Source: an uncultured Eubacteriales bacterium (GTDB lineage: Bacteria > Bacillota > Clostridia > Peptostreptococcales > Anaerovoracaceae). Taken from it: 54,385 nucleotides of DNA. Shown here piece by piece: positions 29,960 to 38,503 of the stretch; position 1 is the stretch's first letter; each line of letters begins with the position of its first letter. The notes under the pieces are model-generated. The model was not told the DNA's origin. It did not search any database and saw only the letters and a program-made list of their open reading frames with translations. A program made the translations under genes and the position numbers. The stretch is from the NCBI GenBank assembly GCA_902780815.1, contig CACZGY010000001.1:1-54385 (forward strand). The letters run 5' to 3'.

Positions 29960-30328
29960 AGCAGTGTAAGTGTATCGACAAAGACGAAGTCAAGTAATGT
30001 TCTATCCGCGAAGGCAGCCAGTACTTTGAACATAAAGTCTGTTAAAGCCCCGAAAAAGCTAAAAAAAGGAAAGCCGTTTTCAATTAAAGGAGTAATAAAA
30101 TCAAATAAAAAAATAAAGAAAGTAACGGTAAAGATCCTCAATGATCAAGGTAAAAAAGTAATATCCGCTTCCAAAAAGCCTAATGCTAAATCATTTAATC
30201 TGAAAAAACTGGATGCCAAAATCAAGTTCGGAAAACTGAAAACGGGAAGCTATACGTATCAGGTGATCGCTGCTGATACAGTGCAGACAATTACTCTGAT
30301 AAACAAGCAATTCAAAGTAGTCAAATGA
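29387..30328 (+). CDS. secreted papain-fold (C39/CHAP-like) Cys/His hydrolase-like protein, paralog 2, with Lys-rich C-terminal beta-rich domain
   Basis: 313 aa from ATG 29387 behind GGAGGA. Signal peptide MKKRISALLIALTLIITAMPFPTLA. Same GDCILTAT and GTHGVL blocks as paralog 1. Extra ~120-aa Lys-rich tail (KAPKKLKKGKPFSIKGVIKS...). Confidence 0.55.
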   Translation: MKKRISALLIALTLIITAMPFPTLAAVSSIDDKAVYYTPASDYKSGDCILTATKMMIRREMIIRNTGDWNKITNQKLRGSATIVGLLLNSFKYDDEGLLFAIDSGKFTGKGDAARIREIESLLKTHPEGIVVHGSNAASSGTHGVLAVKVENGVIYAADSSRNTGLNNEGIQPWKKTTMLDPAKVTKYWYISSVSVSTKTKSSNVLSAKAASTLNIKSVKAPKKLKKGKPFSIKGVIKSNKKIKKVTVKILNDQGKKVISASKKPNAKSFNLKKLDAKIKFGKLKTGSYTYQVIAADTVQTITLINKQFKVVK

Positions 30329-30360
30329 CAGGATGCCGGCATCGGAAAAAAGCAAACGAT

Positions 30361-30391
30361 AAAGGACGGTCTGAAGACCGTCCTTTGTTTT
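30361..30391. terminator. bidirectional terminator between paralog 2 and the convergent DUF1015-like gene
   Basis: AAAGGACGGTC (30361-30371) pairs with GACCGTCCTTT (30376-30386), followed by GTTTT. Confidence 0.8.
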
Positions 30392-30413
30392 GCTTTGCTT
30401 ACGAGCTTTTCTG

Positions 30414-31724
30414 TTATTTAGCAATATAGCGGGATTCAATATAGTATCTCTTCTCGTTTGCTTCGCCCATCGAGAATGTTTTTCTCGGGAGAGCTCCGTC
30501 TGCAGCAACTGCAGGGAAGAGCATGAACTTGTCCATAGGCGGAAGCATGAATCCTGCGTTGCCGTCTCTTACAGACAGCTTCTCAACTGCCGCTGTGCCG
30601 TGAATATAGTCGATATCACAGACTTTTTCTTCCTTGACCATAATATCAAGGGCTGCCTGTAAAGCGCCTACCTCAAGCTTATTTTCAGGCTCCTCGATGA
30701 AGATGTTGCCTCTCTGTGTACCTGTGATGTAAGGGATAGCGAATGCGCCTTCAGGTACTGCAGCATCAGTATCAGCAAGATATGCTTTGCCGTTGAGCTT
30801 ATTGAGGTGATCTACAAGCTTGTTAACCAGATCCATTCCGGACTGTCCCTGGTTAGCGAAAATAACTCTGTGGATAGGCTCGAATACGATACCGTCATCA
30901 TGGATGTTCTCGATCTCGCAAAGAGCATATCTTGCCGGATGTCCTTCGATTTCTTCAGGCGAGAGAGTCTTCTTGATGTTCTCCCAAGCTGTCTTAGCTG
31001 TAGCGAGAGAGTGGTTGCCGTCACCCATAGCCTGGAAGATTACGTGGCCGGCACCGTACTTTTCTTCTGCCTTGTCATAGAGTGCAGAAAGTGCTTCTTT
31101 TGCGCCTTCAAGATTCTTCTCTTCAATAAAGCAGCCTGTGATATGTCCGCCGTCCATCATGAGATCGGTGTCATAGATGACTTCTTTCGGAGCGTCAGCA
31201 AGAGGCTCGATGACGGATTTGTCAGGGTCATCGATCAGGATAAGGATGTGAGGCATCTCAATAGGTGCATCTCCTCTGATCCTCAGACGAGGCGGGATAC
31301 GCTCTACTACTGTTCCCTCAGTCGCTCTTGTAAGCGAGCTTGATCCTTTGCTGAAGTCATATGCTTCGAGGTCTGTAGCTATTACGAGACCGAGGCGTGA
31401 ACGTCCTTCAGCTGTTCTCTTGATCAGCATGCAGCCAGGAGCCATCTTTCTGAGAGTACCGTCTTCGAGATACTTATCCATTGTTGCACGGATATCTTTG
31501 ATTCTTTCAGCTTCACCCGGCTTATCGAGGTAAAGCTCAGGGAGCATCAGCCTGAGAGTCGATGGCGCGTCACCTACGATCTCTTCGACTTTATCCCAGT
31601 ATTCCGGCTCGGAAGTGAACTGATCGCATGCTACGACAGCCCATTTGAAATAGTCCGTGCCTTCCTTTGGCAGCATTATCTCAGGGATATGCAGACCGAA
31701 CTTACTCCAATCATATTTTGCCAT
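30414..31724 (-). CDS. conserved hypothetical protein (DUF1015-like)
   Basis: 436 aa with strong RBS GGAGGA. The N-terminal pattern (ACDQFTSEPEYW, LMLPELYL) recalls the DUF1015 family. Assigned from memory only. Confidence 0.5.
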   Translation of the reverse strand: MAKYDWSKFGLHIPEIMLPKEGTDYFKWAVVACDQFTSEPEYWDKVEEIVGDAPSTLRLMLPELYLDKPGEAERIKDIRATMDKYLEDGTLRKMAPGCMLIKRTAEGRSRLGLVIATDLEAYDFSKGSSSLTRATEGTVVERIPPRLRIRGDAPIEMPHILILIDDPDKSVIEPLADAPKEVIYDTDLMMDGGHITGCFIEEKNLEGAKEALSALYDKAEEKYGAGHVIFQAMGDGNHSLATAKTAWENIKKTLSPEEIEGHPARYALCEIENIHDDGIVFEPIHRVIFANQGQSGMDLVNKLVDHLNKLNGKAYLADTDAAVPEGAFAIPYITGTQRGNIFIEEPENKLEVGALQAALDIMVKEEKVCDIDYIHGTAAVEKLSVRDGNAGFMLPPMDKFMLFPAVAADGALPRKTFSMGEANEKRYYIESRYIAK

Positions 31725-31924
31725 AGATATTCCTCCAAAAAATATGAAACAACAGGGTTAACAATGCTTGGCGCAGAACGTGCGAAGCATTATTCTGATG
31801 AATCAATTATCGAACAAAAAGGGGCATTTTGCAAGGTAATATATGATACAATTAAAACAGAAAAAGGGCATTTCGGAATATAAAAAAAAAATAACAGTTT
31901 GTGGTTTTTCCAGGAGGTTTTTCA

Positions 31925-33124
31925 ATGATTTCGAAAGCAATGGAGCCTTTCCTCGCAGGCAGTTCCCAAATAAGAGCCATGTTTGAGGAAGGTAAAAAAA
32001 TGGCTAAAATATATGGCGCTGAAAATGTCTATGATTTCAGTATAGGCAATCCGGGGCTTAAGCCTCCGCAGGAAGTTTTCGATGCCATAGATGAAATCAA
32101 CCATGAGCTCGACCCGCTCCTCGTACATGGTTATCCGTCGAATGCGGGTTATGAGTCTACCAGAAAAGCCATAGCTGACGATCTCAATGAGAGAGCGGGA
32201 GGAGACTTTTTTGACGTTGACCATATAATCATGTCATGCGGAGCGGCTTACTCCATAAACATGATCAACAAGTGCATTTTTGATCCGGGAGACAAACTGG
32301 TAGTATTTGCTCCATACTTTGTGGAATACGGCAACTGGGCCCGCAACTGGGGAGCTGATACAATAGTGGTACCAGCGAACGAAGATCTGGGCTTCGATCC
32401 TGACGCAGAAGCGCTCAGAAAGCTGCTCGTTCCTGAAGTCAAGGGAGTCATGCTCAACAACCCTAACAATCCGACAGGCAAGATCTATTCCAGAGAAGCT
32501 CTGGACAAGGTTGCAGATGTACTCAGAGAGGCGGAAGAAAAATTCGGACATACCATCTATCTGATATGTGATGAACCATACAGAGAGCTCGTGTATACCG
32601 ATCAGGATGTGCCGTTCCCTGGAGATTATTATGCTGATTCACTCATAGCGTATTCCTGGTCAAAATCTCTTTCGATGCCGGGCGACCGTATCGGATATGT
32701 AGCTGTTCCTAAATGTGCCGAAGGACATGATGAACTTGCTGCAGCTCTGGTTGTTGCGTGCAGGGTGCTCGGAGGAACAAACGCTCCTACTATACAGGAA
32801 CTCGTAGTGGAAAGATGTCTGAAGTGCAGATCGGATCTGGACTATTACAAAATAAATGCCAGAGATCTCTATGAGATCGTTACGGGAGCCGGATTGAAAG
32901 CACTTTATCCTCAGGGTGCTTTCTACATGTGGATCAAGTCACCTGTGGAGAACGAGCTCGAATTCGTACAGGCTGCAAAGGAGGAGAGGATTCTCATAAC
33001 TCCCGGACGTGCATTTGCAGGACCGGGCTGGGTAAGAGCTTCCTTCTGCGGAAAGAATTCTGCGATCCATAGATCAAAAGAATCATGGATGAACCTGGGA
33101 AAGAAATTCGGGCTGATCGAATAA
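31925..33124 (+). CDS. class I/II PLP-dependent aminotransferase (paralog of 12892-14085)
   Basis: 399 aa from ATG 31925 behind CAGGAGG. Blocks SWSKSLSMPGDRIGY and NNPNNPTG. Confidence 0.85.
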   Translation: MISKAMEPFLAGSSQIRAMFEEGKKMAKIYGAENVYDFSIGNPGLKPPQEVFDAIDEINHELDPLLVHGYPSNAGYESTRKAIADDLNERAGGDFFDVDHIIMSCGAAYSINMINKCIFDPGDKLVVFAPYFVEYGNWARNWGADTIVVPANEDLGFDPDAEALRKLLVPEVKGVMLNNPNNPTGKIYSREALDKVADVLREAEEKFGHTIYLICDEPYRELVYTDQDVPFPGDYYADSLIAYSWSKSLSMPGDRIGYVAVPKCAEGHDELAAALVVACRVLGGTNAPTIQELVVERCLKCRSDLDYYKINARDLYEIVTGAGLKALYPQGAFYMWIKSPVENELEFVQAAKEERILITPGRAFAGPGWVRASFCGKNSAIHRSKESWMNLGKKFGLIE

Positions 33125-33149
33125 CGGAAAAGGGTGAGATGAATACTAA

Positions 33150-33176
33150 AAAAGGATCACATTCAGTGATCCTTTT
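33150..33176. terminator. bidirectional terminator between the aminotransferase gene and buk
   Basis: AAAAGGATCAC-ATTCA-GTGATCCTTTT. Confidence 0.75.
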
Positions 33177-33205
33177 CTTATTGTACTGGTTTAATATACT
33201 GAAGA

Positions 33206-34351
33206 TCAGCGTACCGGAACGGTACCCGGTTTTACTCCCGGAACGATGCTTATCCTTTCTTCAGCAGATGCTGCGATCTCTCCGAAGTCCTGCAGCTTCT
33301 CTTCTCCTCTGAGCACCCTCAGACATCCGGCTGCCAGAGCTTCCATCTCAAACTCTCCAGGCATGATCTCAACAGGGCAGATGAAATCGACATGGTCCTT
33401 GATATAATCGGAAACATACTTCGAGTATGAAATGCCGCCTGTGAGGATAATGCGGTCTACTTTGCCGCATACAGTAGCAGCAAGCTTGGCAATATCCTTT
33501 GCAACATTAAGGCACATAGCTTCATATACGATCGCGGCATATTTGTCACCATCAGCAACCATCTTTTCTACGTCACGCGCATCTGCAGTACCAAGATGAG
33601 CAATAAGTCCGCCCTTGCCATGGAAGAGTTTCATGGCTTCTTTATATGAATACTTTCCGCTGTAGCATAGATCCACAAGACGCTTTGCGCTTACTCCGCC
33701 GCCTCTTTCAGGTGTGAAGTTGCCTTCGTCATCATTTACGCTGTCAATGTTGACGCCGTCTTTGTACAGTCTTATCGAACTGCCGCCGCCGAGGTGTGCA
33801 ACGATGAAAGTGCATTCATCAAATTTCTTTCCAAGCTTTTCTTCGGCGCACTTGATGGCCATTGCTCTTGTATTGAGGGTATGACCTACCGTGAAGTGCG
33901 GGATTTCAGGCACTCCGCTGACTCTGGCTACAGGCATCTTCTCGTCTGTTCCGATTGCGTCATAAATACATACAGGAATACCAAGCTCCTTGTTCAGGTC
34001 GAAAGCGATCATGCTTCCGATGAGGGAAGGGTGTTTGGCAAGATCTTCCGGTCTTGTGAGGAAATCGATCATTGCCTGATCGATACCGATGGCGCCGTGA
34101 GGACATGGAACGATATTACCGCCTCTTGATACCGCCGCTGTCAGTGAATCCATGCTTACGCCGTTCTTCTGCAGGGACTCTTTTATTTTGTCATATCTGA
34201 ACTCATATTGTTCTGTAACATCTCCGAATGGTGCAAGCTCTTCAGTCGTGTGGCGGATAGTATCGTTGAAGACTTCCTTGTCATCGTCATAGACCGCTAT
34301 CTTGCTCGATGTAGAGCCTAAATTCATAACCAGTATTCTCTCAGTAGCCAT
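33206..34351 (-). CDS. buk: butyrate kinase family protein
   Basis: 381 aa. Acetate/butyrate kinase blocks ILVMNLGSTSSKIAVYDD, VAHLGGGSS, FTPERGGG and ILTGGISY. RBS GGAGGGA. No phosphotransbutyrylase gene is adjacent. Confidence 0.8.
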   Translation of the reverse strand: MATERILVMNLGSTSSKIAVYDDDKEVFNDTIRHTTEELAPFGDVTEQYEFRYDKIKESLQKNGVSMDSLTAAVSRGGNIVPCPHGAIGIDQAMIDFLTRPEDLAKHPSLIGSMIAFDLNKELGIPVCIYDAIGTDEKMPVARVSGVPEIPHFTVGHTLNTRAMAIKCAEEKLGKKFDECTFIVAHLGGGSSIRLYKDGVNIDSVNDDEGNFTPERGGGVSAKRLVDLCYSGKYSYKEAMKLFHGKGGLIAHLGTADARDVEKMVADGDKYAAIVYEAMCLNVAKDIAKLAATVCGKVDRIILTGGISYSKYVSDYIKDHVDFICPVEIMPGEFEMEALAAGCLRVLRGEEKLQDFGEIAASAEERISIVPGVKPGTVPVR

Positions 34352-34463
34352 TATTCCCTCCGTTATAATTAGTTAAGTTTAATTTACCTGGAAATTGTAT
34401 CACAAAAAAATAAATAAAAGTGAGCCGTTTGTGAAGACGACTCACCTGAAAAATGCGATTCTG

Positions 34464-35795
34464 TTATCTGGAAGACGCGAATGTCTTAAGCTTCTCCTGA
34501 TCTTCATCGATTTCATCATACTCATTTGTAAGTTTGAATTTATCGAGCAGATACATGATGAGTCCGAGCAGCATGCCGACTACAGCAGCCAGACTCATTC
34601 CTTTGAGCTGGACCTGGCCAAGGTTGATGGCGATGCCCGAAAGTCCGACAACGAAGACTACGGAAGTCATCGCAAGATTGCGGGCTTTTGAATAATCGAT
34701 CTTTGAATCTACCATCAGTCTTATGCCGGATGCTCCGATCATTCCGTAGAGCAGGAAGCTTACACCGCCCATTACCGGACCCGGTATGGTCTGAATAAGT
34801 GCAGAAGCTTTTCCGATGAACGAGAGCAGTATAGAGAATACAGCAGCTCCGCCGATGACCCAGACGCTGTATACTTTTGTAATAGCCATGACGCCGATAT
34901 TCTCGCCGTATGTGGTAGTAGGGCAGGATCCGCAGAATCCTGAAAGTGCTGTAGAGAATCCGTCAGCAAACATTGATCTGTGAAGACCCGGATCCTTGAG
35001 AAGGTCTTTTCCGACGACTTCTGATGTGACTACCTGATGGCCGATATGTTCAGATACGACTACAAGTGTTGCAGGAATGATTACTGCAATGGCCTGTGCA
35101 CTCCACTGCGGAGTCTGGAAGGCCGGGAGTTCAAACACGCTGGCGCCGCCTACAGAGCTGAAGTCAACGAGCCCGAAAATGAGAGCAAGTACGTAACCGG
35201 ATACGATAGCGATCAGGATGGCTATGGCGCTTGCAAAACCTCTGTAGAGCACTCCGCCGAAAATAGCGAGAAGGAGTGTTACAAGAAATACGATCAGCAC
35301 TTTTGGATCGAGGTTTTCTACCATGGACCCATCTGCGTTCAGAATACCTGCTGTCTGAGCAGCGCTTCCTGCAAGCTCAAGACCGATAAGCGCTACTATA
35401 GGACCCATCGCAGCAGGAGGCAGGATGGCATCTATCCATCTTGTACCGACGAATTTGATAATGCCCGCTACCAGGCACATGAGAAGACCGGTTACAACGA
35501 ATCCTCCTAATGCGTATCTGTAGCCCAGTCCCGGCTGAGAAATCACTATAAGGGCCGGTGAAATGAAAGCGAATGATGAACCGAGGTAAGCCGGAGCTCC
35601 GCCTTTGGTTACAAAAATAAAGATAAGCGTTCCAATGCCGTTCATGAGGAGGGCGATGGAAGGACTTATCCCGAGAATGTAAGGAACGAGCACAGAAGCA
35701 CTGAACATAGCAAATGTGTGCTGGATGGAAAGTGGAATACCCTTGCTCAGAGGCACTTTCTCCTGGATCTGTATGATCTGTCTTGTCTTAGCCAT
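34464..35795 (-). CDS. NCS2 family nucleobase permease (uracil/xanthine permease-like)
   Basis: 443 aa polytopic ORF with NCS2-type blocks (PAYLGSSFAFI, TTYGENIGVMAITKV). Confidence 0.8.
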   Translation of the reverse strand: MAKTRQIIQIQEKVPLSKGIPLSIQHTFAMFSASVLVPYILGISPSIALLMNGIGTLIFIFVTKGGAPAYLGSSFAFISPALIVISQPGLGYRYALGGFVVTGLLMCLVAGIIKFVGTRWIDAILPPAAMGPIVALIGLELAGSAAQTAGILNADGSMVENLDPKVLIVFLVTLLLAIFGGVLYRGFASAIAILIAIVSGYVLALIFGLVDFSSVGGASVFELPAFQTPQWSAQAIAVIIPATLVVVSEHIGHQVVTSEVVGKDLLKDPGLHRSMFADGFSTALSGFCGSCPTTTYGENIGVMAITKVYSVWVIGGAAVFSILLSFIGKASALIQTIPGPVMGGVSFLLYGMIGASGIRLMVDSKIDYSKARNLAMTSVVFVVGLSGIAINLGQVQLKGMSLAAVVGMLLGLIMYLLDKFKLTNEYDEIDEDQEKLKTFASSR

Positions 35796-35925
35796 AATAT
35801 CTCTCTTTCGTTAGTATGGTATTTTTTATCAGAAGAATTATATAAAAGCATATAGTAGTATGACAATAGAAAAAAACACAATATCTTGTATTAAAAAAAG
35901 AAAAAAGGTGGTATTATACACATAT

Positions 35926-37089
35926 ATGGGTAAGACTATTGACGATAAAACTTTACAGGAAGCAAAGGAAAAACTTGCTTGTCATATAGAGCCTCCTAAG
36001 CCGAAGGCTCCTGATTATATTGACTCGAAAGGGAAGGTCCTTCTTACGCAGATGACTTCTGCAGGTGGTTGAGGCGCCAAAATAGGGCCGGGTGTCCTAT
36101 CGAGTCTTTTGGCGGGTCTGCCAAAGATAAGCGACCCGCGCATACTTGTCGGTTTTGAGAGCAGCGATGATGCCTGTGTTTACAAAGTGTCCGACGATAT
36201 AGCAATAATTAATACGGTGGATTTCTTTCCTCCGATAGTAGATGACCCGTACATGTTTGGCCAGATCGCTGCAGCGAACGCACTGAGCGATGTCTACGCA
36301 ATGGGAGGACAGCCGAAACTGGCTATGAATCTGCTGACTTTCCCTAACGGAAAGCTGCCGCTCGATGCTGTTAAGGGGATACTTGAAGGCGGAAACGATA
36401 AGGTTTGTGAAGCAGGCGCAACTATAGTCGGCGGGCATAGCATTGATGACAAGGAACCTAAGTACGGTTTATCCGTGACAGGATTTGCTCATCCGGACGA
36501 CATACTCAGCAACAGCGCGAGTGCAGGAGATCTTCTGGTCATCACCAAGAAGATAGGAACGGGAATACTGACTACAGCTGCCAAGGTCGATTTGCTGAGC
36601 GAAGAGGAAAACGCAGAGATCGAAGCAACCATGGCTTTTCTGAACAAATATGCCTGGGAAGCAATGCAGGGAGTAAAGGTCGATGGCTGTACGGATATTA
36701 CCGGATTCGGACTTATGGGCCATGCAGCTGAGATGGCAAGGGCAGGAGGTGTTACACTCGAGCTTTACAGCCACAAGGTGCCTATCTTCCCGAAAGCGCT
36801 TGAGATGGCTTCGATGGGTATAATCCCTGCAGGAGCATACCGCAACATGGATTATGTAGGACCGGAGGTAATGGAATTCCTTTCAAAGGATCCGGACAGG
36901 GATGCAGACCTCAGAGCACGTATAGACTGCCTGTACGATCCACAGTCATCAGGAGGACTCCTCATAGCGGTAAAAGAAAGTGAGATACCAAGACTTACAG
37001 AGCAGCTTGGAGAGAGGGGATGTGAGACGGAAGTAATAGGGTGCTTCAAGCCGGGAAACGGCAGGCATTCTGTAGAGATCCACGACTAG
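35926..37089 (+). CDS. selD: selenide, water dikinase SelD, selenocysteine-containing (in-frame UGA at 36070-36072)
   Basis: ORFs 35860-36072 and 36109-37089 share one frame and are separated only by TGA. Read-through gives LLTQMTSAGG-U-GAKIGPGVL, matching the SelD GxGCG(C/U)K active-site loop. The downstream part has AIR-synthase-like SelD blocks. The 5' start (ATG 35926) is less certain. Confidence 0.85.
36075..36114 (+). promoter_or_regulatory. SECIS-like hairpin directing Sec insertion in selD
   Basis: CGCCAAAA (36075-36082) pairs with TTTTGGCG (36107-36114). The inner stem TAGGGC/GTCCTA (36083-36088 / 36094-36099) starts 10 nt after UGA and has apical loop CGGGT. Confidence 0.6.
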
Positions 37090-37112
37090 ACCAACGATGT
37101 GTCATAAAAAAG

Positions 37113-37145
37113 CGGTGTTCCGAATATGCGGAACACCGTTTTAAT
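37113..37145. terminator. bidirectional terminator between selD and the convergent LysR-family gene
   Basis: CGGTGTTCCG (37113-37122) pairs with CGGAACACCG (37129-37138), flanked by AAAAAA and TTTTAATTTTT. Confidence 0.85.
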
Positions 37146-37163
37146 TTTTAAACTGATCTGCAG

Positions 37164-38051
37164 TTATCTGACGCCGGACATCGATTTCACGTATTCACTG
37201 AAAGCCGCTGCGGCAGGAGAGAAGGATGCGCTTTTTAAACTGATCATATAAAAAGTGCGGTCTTCGCTGAAGTCTTCGATCTCTGCGACTTTTACTCTGC
37301 TTCCGAGCGATGATGCTACTTTTTCTGAAATAATGGCAACTCCGAGTCCTGCTTCTACAGAACGTATCATGGTATCCATGTCATCAACCAGTGCAGCCAC
37401 TTCGAATGCATCTTTTTCAAAGCCGGATCTTAGTGCTGCCATCTCGAAAGTCCTGCGTGTGGCAGATCCTGTCTCACGCCAGATGAAAGGATACTGTAAA
37501 GCATCGGCAAGCTTTAAAGTTGAAGCTATATTGTAATTGACCGGAGCGATGAGGACGGATTTGTCTGAAGCAACTCTTGTGCACTCTATCGATGAAGAAC
37601 TTATTTTTTCACCTATAAATCCGATCTCGCCTCGGCGTTCTGAAATGTTTTCTATTACTGCCTGTGTGTCCGATACGGAAACATAGTACTGTATGCCTGA
37701 ATGATTCTTCCGGAACCCGGAAAGCAGTTCAGGCAGAAATGTAACAGCAGGTATGGATGAGGTCTGTATTTCGAGTATACCCCCCACGTTCCCGGTAGTG
37801 TCATTAAGCGCATCGAAAGCCTGAGCCCTGGCATTTATCATCTCAACCGCGTACTTGTAGAATTTGCTGCCCTGCGGAGTCATTTCAACAACTCTGCTCT
37901 TGCGGTCGAGAAGTTTAACTCCGAGTTCTTTTTCAAGATTGCGGATGTGCGTGCTTATAGTGGGCTGTGTAAAGAATGTCGCATCTGCGGCCTTGCTGAA
38001 GCTTTTATATCTGACTACATTGACAAAAGCTTCTATCTGCTTAAAGTCCAT
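37164..38051 (-). CDS. LysR family transcriptional regulator
   Basis: 295 aa. N-terminal HTH FSKAADATFFTQPTISTHIRNLEKELG. RBS GGAGGA. Last gene of the thrC string. Confidence 0.9.
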   Translation of the reverse strand: MDFKQIEAFVNVVRYKSFSKAADATFFTQPTISTHIRNLEKELGVKLLDRKSRVVEMTPQGSKFYKYAVEMINARAQAFDALNDTTGNVGGILEIQTSSIPAVTFLPELLSGFRKNHSGIQYYVSVSDTQAVIENISERRGEIGFIGEKISSSSIECTRVASDKSVLIAPVNYNIASTLKLADALQYPFIWRETGSATRRTFEMAALRSGFEKDAFEVAALVDDMDTMIRSVEAGLGVAIISEKVASSLGSRVKVAEIEDFSEDRTFYMISLKSASFSPAAAAFSEYVKSMSGVR

Positions 38052-38059
38052 TTATCCTC

Positions 38060-38497
38060 CTAGTCCATTCCAAGAAGCTGCACCCTTGACAGGCCGGGCG
38101 CATCTGTGATCTCTCTTAACATGCTGTCAAGACTTCTGGCATCCTCTCCAAGCTCAAGCGTGATGACCACGTTGGCTCTGGAGTCTACGGGAGGATTTTG
38201 TGTTATGGTCCAGACACTGTAACCATAGCGCGAGATAATGCTCAGCACTGTAGAAAGTGTACCTACACTGTGGCTCATCATCATTGAAATGATGGCATGA
38301 CGACCCATTGAGACTGTGCTTATGTCCCGGATCTTGTCACGGTACTTGTAAAACGTGCTGCGTGATATTCCGACCATACGGACGGCTTCACTTACATCGG
38401 CGGCTTTACCCTCATCCAGCAGTTCTTTGGCGAGGGAGACCTTCTCGCAATATGAAGGCAGAAGAGCCTTATCTACGATAAAGTATTTACCTTCCAT
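38060..38497 (-). CDS. ACT domain-containing protein (UPF0735 / PheB-like)
   Basis: 145 aa. N-terminal HTH-like segment (VGISRSTFYKYRDKI) and C-terminal ACT-like fold. Lies between thrC and the LysR gene. Confidence 0.7.
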   Translation of the reverse strand: MEGKYFIVDKALLPSYCEKVSLAKELLDEGKAADVSEAVRMVGISRSTFYKYRDKIRDISTVSMGRHAIISMMMSHSVGTLSTVLSIISRYGYSVWTITQNPPVDSRANVVITLELGEDARSLDSMLREITDAPGLSRVQLLGMD

Positions 38498-38503
38498 ATG
38501 ATG

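Noticed and set aside
35860-36072. 70-aa ORF called as an independent small protein
   Set aside because: It is the N-terminal part of selD up to the Sec-encoding UGA (see selD).
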